From contig CM060734.1 of the NCBI GenBank assembly GCA_030704615.1, forward strand, positions 19,344,001 through 19,408,000: DNA of 64,000 nt, read 5' to 3'. This document shows, in pieces, positions 11,796 through 25,943 of the stretch (position 1 is its first letter; the number at the start of each line of letters is the position of its first letter). The position numbers and the translations under genes are program-made. This DNA comes from Takakia lepidozioides (taxonomy: Eukaryota; Plantae; Bryophyta). The notes under the pieces were generated by a model. That model saw only the letters and a list, made by a program, of their open reading frames with translations. It was not told the DNA's origin and made no database searches.

Positions 11796-14700
11796 TCACA
11801 AAATAATTTCGTCTTGTACACTTCGGTTGAGAGTTTTGTGCGGAAGCACAATGCAGTTCACCACCACCACCTCATCCTCCACTGTCACATCCTCCCCTGC
11901 AATCATTTTAAAACCAGAGAGAAATATACCAGTGGGGTGAGGTTCTTGACACATCCAATCATATGTCAGATTTCTCAGCTTTATGAAACAAATGAGGAGT
12001 GATGTAGGGAAGGAGACAAGGACATGCATCACTCAGAATGTCACACGTTTACTGTGTTGAGTGACAAGGCACTACTGCCTTAAGACGGGTAGCAAGAGAG
12101 AAGAAATATAGTGATACGTTAATATTGGTAGATGGAGAAACAGACACTATGAGCAGATGCCACATGTGGTTAAAAACAAAACTTATACAAGGACATCAAT
12201 GCACAGCTTCCCTTAACTAAGAGCAAAGCAAAGGAAGTTAAACAGTGCAATTGACAGAAGCAACACATACCAAGAATTGCAATACCCAACTTGGCATTGT
12301 AATCCCCTCCTCCCTGAATCAGATCAATCATATCAGTGCCATCTTTAGCATACGGCACAATACTAGCCTAGTAGTTATAAGACATGCAGCACAGCTATTA
12401 TACTAGTATATGACTGGAGTTTCAGATACTCCGAAAAATCATGTTGCTTTCTCGCATGTCTCCCATCTGTGTATATGCGCTATATATGAATGCTGATGGC
12501 AACACCATGGTAGACTACTTTCACATACACTTGTAACCAAATTGTCATAGGCTTTGCAGAAGTGCTGTGGCAATTTAGAGCCAAGCTTTAGACCCTGGTG
12601 GGTTGAGACCCCAAGACTGCCTCCAGTTGTGGTATCCTGCTTGGACTATCAGCTTAGTCAACATTCACAGGGAACCGACAATAAGTGCTTCTCCTCAATG
12701 GAAAAGTGTCACTTAATAATGCTGGCTTCACCCAAGTCCTCTCTCTCTGCTTCTGCTTCTCCATAAGGAACCAACCCCCCAATTGTCAGGGAAACGTCTG
12801 AACACAGCCCTACAACCTGAATCTAGAAATGGTTTGTGTGCGTAGAAAACTTGCCTGGACCCGAGCCCATCTCCCGATTGAAGACTTCCACCCAATGATT
12901 GAGTGTATTACAACAGCATTTTCCTGCAATATAATGCCCATCACATGACTTTTAAATCCAAATGCAGAAAAACAGTTAGGGAGAATGAGTGGGAAGCTTA
13001 AAAGCACATCCAACCTGGATGGATGGCTACAAGAACCCAGAAAACTTTTAAATACAAAGCTCTCTGCCGTTATGCTCTACTGATCCATGCTAGAAACAGT
13101 TAGGGTTCCCTTTGTCCACTTTGCACCTCTCCACCTTACAAGTTTGAAAGAGAACGGACCTTAGGTCACATTTACAACTCTTTAAGGTGCTCCTCTCACA
13201 GGGTAAGAATAAGATCGGATGCAATTGGGGAGACATACTAAAGCAGGATGGACTCACCTTCACTTCGACTCCATCAAGGATGATGCAGCCTATTAACCGA
13301 ACTCCAGGGCCAATCCGTGCATTTGCAGATATAGATACATTGGGCCCTAGCTGTAAACCAAAAACACCAACAGGGACACTACCATCTCAGTGCAAACTCA
13401 GAAAGCACTTTTAAGCATCACTATTGACTACAAAGGAGCAAGATTCAACTGCCTGAAGGATTGGCAGGAAGTCCTTACTTTGGCTGTTGGATGAACTTTA
13501 GCAGACCGGTGGAGGAAAACATCCCCAACAATGGTTGGCCATCTCTTGCCATCACCTGGAGCCAAGAGCTCTGGATTGGTCCGCCGGTACTGAGCTAGGT
13601 ACAGCAATGAGCACCTCAGTGACATCCTGCAACCAACCTCTTGCAGCCTTCTCAGTATCAAATACTGGAGTGAAACAGCAGTCTTGTTGATATTCCAGTT
13701 GTAAGCAGTGTCATTACTAATGTACTAACTTCTGACAGTGAACAAGTTGGAAATGTTCACCACAGTGCCTGCCCAACTGAAAGGGGCACCAGCACACATA
13801 CTTAATACGAGGAAGCTGGTAAGAGATCCACGCAAAAATTGAACGACAGGTATTCATACGTACCCTGGAGTTTTGATTTGTTCCCAAAATTCAGTTGTCT
13901 CAAAGGTGTAGAGCTGCTTCTTTCCAGCCAGTGGTGTGAGGATGTCCTGGTCTAGCCTCGTAAAATCTGTCGGCATTGTTCTGCAGCAAACCCACCAGTG
14001 TGAGATCTATTTTCCATCCTCCCTCCAACAACCTGCTCACTGCATCCCTCACCAATACCTACCGTTCTTTCAGAAACAATAATCAGAGAGTGTAGAGCTC
14101 ACTTGGAAGACTGAAGGACTTCGAAGCTGGATAGGCGACGGAGAGCAGCTGGAAGGATGAAACAGGCAGAAAACAAGGTGAAACATAAACTACAGGAATA
14201 TCACAGGGACCCGTTTTACGTTTCAACACCCAACCAGCGGCGTCATCCATTCAGCTGGTCCAACATGAATCAAGGTTTGCAATACAATCCAATGTAAGAC
14301 ATTGTTTCTGCAGATCCCAAAAAGCCCCAGCACTTTATCACAGCCAGACATGCAGCTTCCAAGGTATACATACATAGAAGTTTACCAGTACCTATCTGGG
14401 CACATGCATGCATAGTGTTTAGCAGCACACATATTCCACACTGTTAAGAACCTGGCGAAATAGCAGAGGTTTCATCATTACTGAAGAAGAGAATGAGAAG
14501 CTAACATGTCTCTTTACGGCTTGATGCTACCTCCTTGATGGCCAGAAAAATATCAGGTGTAAAAATGTACACTCCACAATTGATGAGGTCACTCACCTGC
14601 AGGGCCATCAGTTATCAGAAGAAAAGCAATTCCCACTGTTGAATTGAAACCCACCAAAGATAGACAGAGACAGTCCGTCAAACAAGGGTGGCCAGGGATA

Positions 14701-17700
14701 TGCAAAGACTTTTGACAAACGTTTTTGGTTTCTTATATGTGGTCTCAAGATATACAGACTGTATGTAAGAAAAGGCACTACAAACAGTGCCCCTTTCGTC
14801 TTCACAAAAGAAAAGAGATAAAAAGAAGAGAGAAACTTAGTGCATCCACAGGAGGCCCCAAAGGGCCTATGGGACACAAAAACCAGAACCACATGAGCTT
14901 TATCAAAAAAGCCAATATCTCTCACTGAGCCTCAGGAGGTGAGCTGCTAACCACTTCGGGTCCCAAGGAAATGAAATGAGACTTAATAGTGTCCACGGAA
15001 CTCAAAGAGAGTATGGGACAAGAGAGCATGAAACAAGAAAGAGAGGGGAACCCCACAAGCAGCCCTACTGTTCAAGGGATTGTCTAAGAGTCAACGCCTC
15101 ATGCAGATATGCTGCTAAGCATTTCTGATCCTCATAATGGAAGATCTGTGAGCCATTGGGTATCTCAGGATAGACAATAGAATCTACCATGGATCTCTTA
15201 GTAGAGAGGACAGTGAAAAAAGAAATCTTCTTCACTTTCGATTTCCCTGTTGTTTCCAGCGCAAATGAGGCACAGGTGGTCCTCACTTTGCAGGTTGTCC
15301 CACCAAAGAGCCACTGTTAGGTGGGGGGGTTGGCATGTGTGTATTTGTTTCTGTTTAGCATGAAGGCATATGGAGGCAGCCTTGCCCTTTGCCACTCTGT
15401 CAATAGCAGTTGATGCAAACTGAAATTTGCGTGAGTGGATACCAGATGCAGGTATGGGTATGATTTCATGACCTCGATCTCTTGCTGAAAGAATAAACTT
15501 CTATAGACAGGGCCCCTGAGGGAGAGAAAGAGAGAGATTCAACCAGGAGGCCTAACCAGGGTCTCTGCAAAGCTGTCTCCAAATCCAATTTGAATCAACT
15601 TCATGAGAGTAAGGGGGAAGCAAAGCTTACAAAGGTCTCAGGTTTCTCCGCATAATGAAGAAGTTCCCCAGTCTTTGGATCAGCCACCAGTTCACCAAAC
15701 TCACTAGCCAACTCCTTCGATACCTGGAAACACACTACCCCAGTGTCAGTCTCCTGTCTTCTCGTTTACTCTGCAGCAATTGGCCAGGTCACAGAGGGAG
15801 AAAGGAGGAATAAGAAAGACAGAAATTGTATAACCTCCTCAGAGGGCCAGCCATAGGGTCAATCGGACGGAGAAAAAAGCAGTGGGGTTAGAGACAGAGA
15901 CAAAGGATAAAGAAAGGAAAGAACTTTATGGAGTCCACAAGAGAATGTACTCATAAGACGTTGTTTGCCGTAGCCTTATGGCCATTGACCCCGCGCACAG
16001 TTTGAGCGGAACACAAAGGGACAGAACCTACCTTTGTCATGGGCTGACGCCGGTAGTAAGACTTACCTTCGAATAAACAATTGATCCGGGTTTTCCAGAT
16101 ATCCTCTAGAAATCCCTTCACACAAGCATCAATCTGCTGTGTGTGGTTTGCCCAAGAACTGGGCCCCAAAAGGGCCTGGGCTTTTGGCTCAGCCTCGAGA
16201 CTTTCAAAGTTGGTAAACAGAGATACAGGCACAATTCCATTGATAGTTTTGAGGAGAGTGTCTCTCGGGTGAGTGAACCCCGGACAACGCATCAGAAAAT
16301 GAATATTGACTTCAAGTTGCCCACACAATGGGCAATTGCACTCTCCCTTTCCTCTCTGCTTCTGTTTGCTGTTCAAAGGTAGGCTTCCCGCCCTGAGTCC
16401 ACAAGAGAATGTACTCATAAGACGTTGTTTGCCGCAGCCTTGTGGCCATTGACTCAGTCCACAAGAGAGAGAAAGCAAGAGAGAGAGGTCACCTTTTTAA
16501 CGAGAAGAGTGCCCATGCCCCCATGTTTCCTGTGAGCCACTGCATCAGAGATGTCCATACAGCTGGTAAGTGCTGATACAACATATTACAACCTGTCATG
16601 GCCATTTGACTTTTCCACTTTCCTCTAACCACTTCAAGTTAATTTTCTTGGTAAGAGAACATTATCGTCTGACCCAAAACTAAGGTGCACAAGCTGAGGT
16701 AACAATGTTTGGGGACATGTTTTTAGCTATTAGCTAAAATCCTCTATTCCTCTAACTCTTCTTTCTTACTGACAGTTCAAAAAAGCAACATCTACATTAA
16801 GACGGTGCTACTTTCACAGCACTGAGATCAACATACTGCTGTCCACTATAATGTCAATGCCAGCCCCTGTGACAAGAATGTCATTGCCTGTGCACAAGTG
16901 ATACAGCTGGATTTCAGCTCATGCAGTAAGACCCCACGAAAGCTCTAGGAGGCTAAGTCTATCATTGCACCTGAAGGGGATGTTGTAATTAATATTCACA
17001 TGGCCCAATCATAACTCATTCCGAATCTTTGTGTAGAAAGTACAAGCCAATTATGCAAACCGCAAATACATGAATTCTTCAGATGAGGGAGGGCATCGGT
17101 GACCTACCAAGCATTTCAGTAAGTGGAAAGCTGCAGCACACATCACAATTCAACACAATGATATCTTCCTGAACATAGCCAAAATTGTCATCAGATAATA
17201 GATGCAACAAGCTGCATAGGAAAAGAGCCTAAGAGTCCTCTCAGTCTCCCTTTCTTGGGCTTGTTCCTCTTAGTTTTGAAAGCTCAAAAGGCAAGTCAAA
17301 TACTAAATTTATAAGGTGAAGCAGACAGATAACCTTCATGCACAAAGAACAAGGATGGAGGGTTTAAAATGGCAAACATTACAGGTTCGTCCTCAGTAAG
17401 AAAATCTTGGAAGTTGTAGAGGCCACCTGCTGACCCATGTGGTTTATCTTCTCGCAAGTACCTATAAAACACACAATCTGAGCTTTCATCACAAAAAACC
17501 AGTAGAATCCACAGCAGAGAGACCCCATTGACATTTGATTGGGTTCCAGTCCCCTTTCATTGGGCTGTTCATGTAATTCAGTACCTTGAAAGTAAATCCC
17601 AGAGAGAACAAACATGAACAAACTTGCCCTATTTACTCTATATTTCAGTATTTTGAGTACTACCAGGAAAAGCCACCCACCACTCCATGTTCACTTACCT

Positions 17701-18774
17701 CACTGGGACATTGATCTCATTCGACAGTGCAGAGATGTAGAAGGAAAACTCTCGCTCTTCATAGAAACCTATCAGGAACACCTGTGTCAAACCTGGTATC
17801 TGTTCACAAAGATCAACAACTGTGCGGCCTCAAAACTTGCTTCTCTGATTAATGGCATGTGGTGGTCATCTTAACATACATGCATGTATGAACACAACCA
17901 TTTCCTTAAGGAACTGTCCTCAGGGGACACTGGGGGTTTATAACCTTGGGCTGAAGGCCTCCTGTGTTCACATTTCAGATTTGACCTGCCATAAGCAGCA
18001 TTGATGTTCCTTATGGATGAAAAAAAGAAAGCCCTAACTAATGAATTCCTTCAGTTTGGATTCAAAGAAGCAACCACTAAATGTACGATTCAGAACATTC
18101 TTCCACTCTTGCAATTTCTAAAATTTGAAGCTCCTTTGCACAAGTATCTTCAGTACGTAAGAAATTCTCAGAGGTCAGGCCAAGCATAAGGCTTGACAGG
18201 AAAATCCATTTCACTGATGACTGGTGGAAATTTGCAGCTCTCGCTATGATGGTAAGCATTTTGTCCTCCTTCCATTTACTTGATTGACTATCAGATTGGT
18301 TCCGCCCAAAAAGTCTTTGTCCTACACAAAAGCATTCTCCCATCCACTACCACATGTACCTTCTTGCAAGCTAGAATGGGATGGTGCACCATCGGCTGGC
18401 CTGCTAGTGGAAATAATGGCTTTGCAAGGTTGAGCGAGAGAGGTCGGAATCTGGTGCCTGTAAGCCATCACATCCATGAACTAACTTAAACCCTCGATTG
18501 GGGAACACACAAACGCGAGCAAACTCTTCTGCTTTTTACAATAATGCTCACAAGTGTAACAGAGCCTATGTTGGCAAGTTGCCTCCCTCTATCATGATAC
18601 TCCCACTCTTTCACCTTTCCCCTCTCACCTCCTTCCACACTATGCGCGGTGATATGGTGGGGCTGAGGTCACAAGGCAACGGAAAACACAATTATTTCTC
18701 TGCGCGCAGCACGTACCTTTCGTGGGGCCCCCGACCAGGATCACTGCAACAGTCTTCCCCTGGGAGCCTTTCAT
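11796..18774 (-). CDS. KJC1: GDP-mannose pyrophosphorylase alpha / KONJAC-type (GMPPA-like) nucleotidyltransferase, complete
   Basis: 15 exons: 18774-18717, 18457-18360, 17799-17699, 17461-17383, 17168-17108, 16539-16493, 15723-15631, 14596-14506, 14148-14103, 13980-13864, 13626-13479, 13350-13258, 12923-12855, 12313-12271, 11896-11796 (TGA). [14 protein letters not shown] is the GMPPA/KJC signature (VTC1 has GGFGTRLRPLT). Also [42 protein letters not shown], a hexapeptide beta-helix and the C-terminus SVQDEIIL. Alternative in-frame ATG at 18810. KJC1 versus KJC2 orthology is not resolved. Confidence 0.93.
14968..15490 (-). mobile_element. Older, internally deleted LINE family 1 copy in a KJC intron
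   Basis: Tail gaaatgaaatga; peptides [52 protein letters not shown]. Confidence 0.85.
15911..16467 (-). mobile_element. LINE family 2 3' fragment with internally duplicated 3' end
   Basis: ORF 15951-16478 contains [30 protein letters not shown] (CCHC). The 58-bp terminal segment gagtccacaagagaatgtactcataagacg.. occurs at 15931 and 16395. Confidence 0.8.
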
Positions 18775-19646
18775 AGCTGGAGTGTCCACACCTGACTCAA
18801 CGCCTGTCATAGCTTGATATTCTCCTCCCCGAGAAATTTGCTGCACTTGAGAGAAAACTCAAAACATTTGCTTCAGATAATGTGAAGTAGATTGCTTTGC
18901 ATTTGCATCAAAAGAACAAATTTTTCAACTGCATTCATGGCAGCTCGTTGCAACATTTCCCGGGCCACAGAACGACGTCGCCTGGGCGAGTGCCTCCATC
19001 TCCCGAAGTCTCGGCGCACAAGCTCACCGATGTCTCCAGATTGTGCCAGCCAATGAACTACAAGTCTCAATCTCAATCTCAATCTCTTTGAGAACCAAGA
19101 CGACCATCAAACCTATCTTTTCAAGAAATTCCTCTCCGTCTCAGTACCTCTCTAATCGATACGTCTGAGCATTTGCAGCAACTTTAGATCCACTTCAATT
19201 TCTTCTTGCATATACAAAATTCAACTCATCGCTTCAACGATTGGATACCGACACCATTGTTTGTGCCCGTGTTGGGTAAGCAGAGTGAATAAGCAGGGCA
19301 TGGGCAGCACGCAAGGCCACGCTCTCACCATCGCTGTGCCTTCTTGCTCACTCACTCACTCACTCATACTCTCTCCCCCTCACTCCCATCAATTCCTTCT
19401 ACCCCTAATTACGTGTCTTTTTTCACTTAATTTCCGTTGTTTTTCTTTTTTCTATTTTCTTTTTTTTGGCAGAACAGGGGACAGAGGCCCTGATTTTTCA
19501 ATTTCTTAAGGCAGCCAACTTTATCTTAAATTTTATTTTATTGAAAAAAACAAAAAACAAAAACATTATTGGAGGGATTTTTGTTTTCTTGGGGGGGGAG
19601 GGAGCAGAGTTGTTTTTTTAAATTCGGAAAATAGCACGAGTGGCTA

Positions 19647-19884
19647 CAGAGTTTTGCAGAGATTAGGCGTATATTCTGTTCATCCATTCAAATTAAGACA
19701 AAATCATCCACATCCATAATTTCATCCATTCATATCATCCATATTTGGTGAATTCATCCCCCTTTTTTTTTTTGGAGAAATTTGATGATTTCATCCATGA
19801 AAAAACATGGAATTTGCTACGGAATATTCTTTCCTATTTTTTGAGGTCGCCATTTGGCGAAAATTCGCCAAAAAAAAAACGCTG
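19647..19884. mobile_element. Possible MITE with CAG(A/C)GTTTT termini and internal TCATCC repeats
   Basis: Starts cagagtttt and ends aaaacgctg, with many tcatcc motifs inside. No clear TSD. Confidence 0.4.
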
Positions 19885-20853
19885 GGAGGGAGATAGCAGC
19901 CGGTGAGGCACTGCAATTTTCGGGTTCCGGTCAGTTTCCAAAAATCAAAAACAGAAATCCAAAAGAAAAGAAAAGAGGCACATACGTTTTATTTATTTAT
20001 TTTATTTATTTATTGTTTTGCAGAAAGGAGAGGTAGCCAGGCTTGAGAACTTTATTGGCCTTGAGGCCCGAAGGCAAGCATAAGGCATAGACTGAGGAAG
20101 GATGTGAAGGATAATCCAGCCAACAATAACTAGAACAAAGAGACGGAGGCAGAAGATGCCCACCCCTGCACAGTGCAGAAGATCATAAGCGCAGAGGCAG
20201 CCAAAACTAATTGTAAATTTCAAAGGGTACATAGGAGGACACGGGCAAGGAAATTACAACCTTTTTTATTTATAATCTACATTTTCAGAAAAGGAAAAAG
20301 AAAGACAACAAATTCTTCTTTATTTCTTATAGCAGAAATGGGACCGGAGCCTAGTTGATCAAATTAAACGAGGAAAAAATAACCTCGGAGGTCCATGAAG
20401 GCTTACAACAAGCCATGAGACAACGACCAGTCCATGAAACTTTTGAGTTCAGGGAAAACTTTAAGATTTTCACATATATAATCTAAAACTTTTTGTTTGT
20501 TGAAAGGTCTGAGATATACCGAAAATCTAGATTAAGAATGTTATAATTTCTCGTTCTCCTTTTCCCTTCCCTCTGGTTTTAGATTAGGAAAATGTCTATT
20601 ATTTATTTATTAATAGAAAACTAAGTTGGTAGTGTATATATATATGGTGTTTACGGTAATTTTAGAAAACCTATTGAGGAAATACCCTAATCCAGATGTG
20701 CAATTGTTCATCCCACTGATAGCAGTCACTAGTCACTAAGATGGTAGGAATAATGTAAGAACTTGATGCACACGTGCAACCTCTGACAGGATGGTACGCC
20801 GGTTTCCGGCATGTCAAATCTTCCCCCACCCTCTCTTGATGGAACTGAAGGAG

Positions 20854-20963
20854 TGTCAACTCCAGTCAGGGTTACATTGGGTTATACACTACGAGATGTT
20901 TAACTCCACGCGGGGTTACATTGGGTTACACTATGAGGTGTGTAACTCCACATGGGGTTACAC
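20854..20963. repeat. About 43-bp tandem repeat, 2.5 copies, GGGTTACA-rich
   Basis: aactcca....ggggttacattgggtta(ta)cacta.gag repeated; further gggttaca/gtaaccc motifs extend to about 21190. Confidence 0.75.
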
Positions 20964-23310
20964 AGTGTCGGTAACCCACACCTTGGTCTTGAGATTTGAC
21001 TAAGTCCAAATGTGGCCAAGTATAAAATAGACTAACCAGAGTTACATGAAAGACCAGGGTCACAGAGGGTTACACGATTGGATAACTAATACCTGGGTTA
21101 CACACCCTCCCATCAAGAGTCAAACCCGTAACCTCGTCACCTGCAATGCTATCACCTTACCGTCATGCTACCCACCAGAGCTTGTAACCCATTTGGATTC
21201 TTAAGTACTTAGGGCTTCGTGTTGCTCCGCACAACTAGCGACGACTTATGAGAACAATGATTCCTTTGATTGGAAACATATACTATGCAAGAAACATTAG
21301 GAACAATGTAAAAGTATAACATAAGCATATGATCTTATGGTACTTTGTCCAAATTTAGGCGATCACTTGTCCTTGATCGCTTGTTCTTTTTGGACCTCTT
21401 CACCTTCTCTTTGCAAAGTTTTATGGGCGTTTGCTCTGCTCCCCTTCTTTAAAAACAAATTAAATACACCCTTCTTTAACAACAAATTAAAATACAATGG
21501 CTGCCACCATCGGCCTGTAACCTTTGCTTCTCACACTTTACGTGGGAGAAATGGTACTAGCTGATTATGAAATGGTAAATGTGAATTAATAGTCATCCAA
21601 TTTGGTAGACAGTTACCTAAGCTTGACTCTCACCTCCATGTCATCTAGGTGAAAGGGTTTCCAAGTCTGACATTTAACGTGCCCATGTTTTCTAGTACTC
21701 AGGGTGTGCCCATGTCTTATAGTAGGTGTGGTAAAATCCTGCAATTACAGAGGGCTTGGCAAAGATGATTTTTTCTCAAGCTAACTATGTTTGGTGGTTT
21801 ATAGCATTAATTCGGGCTGATATGTCCTAATTATCTTTGAACAGGCTTCCAGTAGCCAATTTCTGACTAAATTATAGTGGCCGATCCTAGTTGTTTCAAA
21901 AGCAATGGCCAGCTTCTCGCTATGGCGGCCAAGAGAAGTTTCTTTCTGCTCCTCCTCCACATCATGCAATACAAAGCGAGTGTCGGGTGCATGCCCCCAA
22001 TGCCTTCATCTACCCAGACAATCTCCGCTCTCAAGGACAAAGGGGACATCATCGCCCCTTCCCCGTGCGCTAGCGCTGCAACACATCTCTCCCGGTTTTT
22101 TTTTTCCATTATTTTCGGGCAGCTGGGGCAGGGTCCAAGAAAATTGACGACGACATGATGTGGCAATGATGATGACATGGCATTATAGCACCCTATTCCT
22201 GCTCTACGCTAAACTAGCTTCTGACCTTCTGTCATCGCTAGAATTTAATAGTGAAACCCAGATAAGATGGGATGGGGAGGATTTGACAGGGCCCTGTCGG
22301 AGGAGTCCAGGCTGCCGGAATTCGGCGAAAGTACCGTCAAATCGCACACGTCCATTAAGTTCTTACATTACTTTGTCTTCCCTTGAAATATTGACCTCTG
22401 CCACTAAATTCAGAGACACTGGCCATACATAGAACTACAAGAATAACCCACGAAATTCGCCAGATTTCATGATCATTTTGCCGAAACCTGCCTACATATA
22501 TTAATATTTCAAAAACAAATGTAATCATTAATAGTTTAGAACGATGTTTTGAACCACATTGTGCAGTTTCACGAATGGGTTGTTTTCAAAGCTAATTACT
22601 ACATATGATTCATCCCGGTGGAGGCATACATTATAGAGTCTCTTCCAATGTTGGGAGGGTATATGGGTATGTGCTATATATATATGTATATGTACAAGGT
22701 ATCGACGTGGGTATGTGGCAGTGCTTTTTTTCTCATTTTCCAAAAGTGGCACGAGTGGCTACTTGTGTACTCTACCAAGCGCCCTCGAGTGGCGAATGGG
22801 CGGGTACCTCTCTAGAAACGTAGCTATATGACAGCTGGCAGGTTTTCACAACTCCATGTTGACAGTCATACGGATTTCTGGCGACAACCTCTCGTTCATC
22901 TCTCCTGTTTGGGAAGAAAATTGAAAAAAACAAGATTCATGTTCCTTTAGTGAGGAAGGAGCCCAAAAAACAAAAGGAGCTTTTGGAGAAAATTCACAAT
23001 GTGGAGCCCACCCAGACATGTGTTGTTAGACATGTTTGATTGTTATTGATATGTAGTCCCATAATTTCAATAATGGGCTTGATTGACAACCCCCGGATAC
23101 TTAGAATGTTGAATAAGGATAAGGCTAGTATTGGTTTCAAGTGGGTGCGTCGACAACCTCACATTGCAGAACCAAGATCCAACCAAAGGGTCTAACAAAA
23201 GACAAATAACCTCCCAACATTTGTTATCTTCATCCCAAATAACTATTATTGTCTACCTTCGTCTGCCTCCTGTTAGGGAGTCCTATCGTGAGCAAAGAAG
23301 TAGAAGAAAA

Positions 23311-23366
23311 TGAAATGAAATGAAATGGTGCTTTATATGTCCGCGGAAAGCTCATAGAGCTTATGG
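23311..23366 (-). mobile_element. Short LINE family 1 3' end with 8-bp TSD
   Basis: gaagaaaa at 23303-23310 and 23367-23374 flanks the tail plus hairpin. Confidence 0.85.
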
Positions 23367-25647
23367 GAAGAAAAGTGAGAAGTGAATAAGATCCACGCAG
23401 AGGTAATTGTTTGAAAACGAAAATACAAGTCAGAAGTGGACATAGGGTACTGCTGCATCAATAGGTGGTTGGAAGGGGGAGAAGAACGTACCACAGCGTC
23501 CAGGTAGCAGGATTTGACTCCAGAAGCATCTGGGTGGCACTCAGTGCACTCTCCAACTGACTGTTGGTTCCAAATTCAAAACTCATCTGAAGACCCAACT
23601 CTGCACAAGAGTGCTACTGCCCCCCCCTGGCCTTCTTACTCGGGGCCATAACAAACAACCACAAACCCAGAACTTGCAAGGCTACTATGCTACAGACGCT
23701 ACAAAGCAATGTGGGCAGACCACGAAAATATGGCAAGTTTACCCATCTACACGATACCAGCAATTTAATTTAAAACCTCCCACACTCGCGACACAGGACT
23801 CACCAAATGCTTTCACACATAAACAATCACTGACAGAACTGAGACACATACCAGGCCACGCTCTTAAAAGAAAAAACAATGGAACCACACTACCTCTCCA
23901 TAGCCCCCAAGGCAGCTGCCAAAACTACCCCATACGAAGGCCACCTCATATTAACAACGACTACCACATACTTCCACAGTTGCACCTCAACACGTGCAGG
24001 CCCCATAACACCTTCAAAGCCAACTGTCGCCACTCTAAGACCCAATTCTACCCAACATTGTGGCCACTCACCCCTGGCCTTCTTACTCAGGGGAGCAGCA
24101 AACGCTCATATATTTCCCGCTGGCGCTCACAAGGATTTTAACTATTCATGCCACAAAGAATAGATACGACGTCAAGCTGCTCACAAGGCTGGATATCAGC
24201 CTATATTCTCATTCAAATTCACTCACAAGCAAATTAGAAAGTCCGTACTTTGAATCTTCTACCTTCACCGTAGTTGCCACTCATGCCCCACATTCAGATT
24301 GCCCCCCCCCCACCGGATGGCTTCACAGAAATCAATCGGTCTCCTTAACAGCCCATCACATTATAGGCTCTGGCCATGCCAACAGCCCACAATACATAAG
24401 CCAAGCTACGCACCCCGGCTATTTCTCTTCTACCGCGTTAAAAGGCGAGTCCTTCAGACGAACTTGCGCTTGACCTGCGACACATACCTAAGCACTGTGA
24501 GATGACTGACAACCCTGCTTTCTGGCCAAGCCCCAAATCATCCTGCATATCAGCAATTCACCAAAGAAATGTGCCGTCCAAGCAGCAAGCTCAGAGGATA
24601 TACATTCATACCTTAGGCTGCAAGCCATCGAGTCGATCCAGCCAACAATTTGAAAACACACTTTTGAGGCTTCAGCTGCAACAAAACAAAGAACAACACT
24701 ACATCTCCATGAGCTAAGCGCACTGCCCATGCATCCTCTCTCGAATCTACACATACTACACATACCCAGGAACCTCCTGTTTATTGGGCAGAATTCAAAA
24801 CACACAGAAAGCACCAGAGCTGCCATTCCAACTTGGACAACACCCGCACAAAAAGAACAACTCCCTGTCAGCCACATCTGGTCTTGCCATGCAATTACCA
24901 AGAACCAAAAGCAGCGATTACACGTGCTACCTCCAAACTGCAACTGCCTGAATGCAGCCCCAAAATACAAAAAAGGAGTATAGCAATACCTACTCACAGA
25001 TGTTATTCCCTCATGCAAAACCAAATGCTTACCCCCAATTACCCCCAACAATACTACAAGAACAGCCGCAACACTACCACAGCTAACCTATCCAAGAAAA
25101 ACCAACAAAGACACTACAAATTCATCATTGCGATACCAAATACAGCTGCAGCGAAACAACCTTGCCCATTTCCAACCACAGCCGAGCCCACAGTGGCCAG
25201 CAACATCCACTAGCAAACTTAATCACCACGCGCATACACGGCACAAAATGGAAACAATTGGTAGAAGTCAAGTAAGACCTCAATCTTCAGCCCCCCCCCC
25301 CCCCTTATAACTATGAAGGTCCCTGGACAACATAAATCCCTGTATATTAAGGATTGCATGTGCTTCCATATGCACAGGCGCCATCAAATCCTGCAAGACT
25401 TTACCCAAAAAGCTCTTACCTCATACATCTGTAACAACTACAAAAATTATAAAACTACCAAGGCTACTTTAGTTCAACTGCCGTTGCCAAGGATGCTCAA
25501 AACCAAAGCCGCTCAACCCTCCCACAAATACCCTTGCTCCTGCTAAGAACTACATCAAGGTATCTACTTCTTGCTGCCGCTTACAAAGGCTTTATCACAC
25601 CCCCAAAAGCTACTACTCCACACTGCGCCAAATTGCCCAGTACAAAA

Positions 25648-25740
25648 CTGGTCATCTTCATCATACCTAGGGAAATGGACATCTGGGAAAACTGGGTCAT
25701 CTTCATCATCTGGGAAATGGTCATCTTCATCATACCTAGG
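25648..25740. repeat. Short imperfect tandem repeat
   Basis: ggtcatcttcatcat three times, with acctagg and ctgggaaa spacers. Confidence 0.8.
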
Positions 25741-25943
25741 CTGCAGCTTAAATATACCGACATATACAGTCTCAAAGCACAACAAAAACAAATCTCCTCA
25801 CTTGCTAGCAGATTTAATTCTCCAACAAATACTCAATCGGAAACCCCCTTATATCACATAAGCACTTGCGAACATTACAATTCAAACATAGCTACTGTAC
25901 TCAGATTACAGTCCAACCTACCCAAACCACATCAACAAAGATG

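Noticed and set aside
979-18774. Adjacent carbohydrate-metabolism genes GWD1 and KJC as a possible metabolic cluster
   Set aside because: Different pathways and compartments; two neighbouring genes are not evidence of clustering.
23611-25861. Many long + strand ORFs rich in T/P/H/Q/N
   Set aside because: Explained by C/A compositional skew; no protein motifs.
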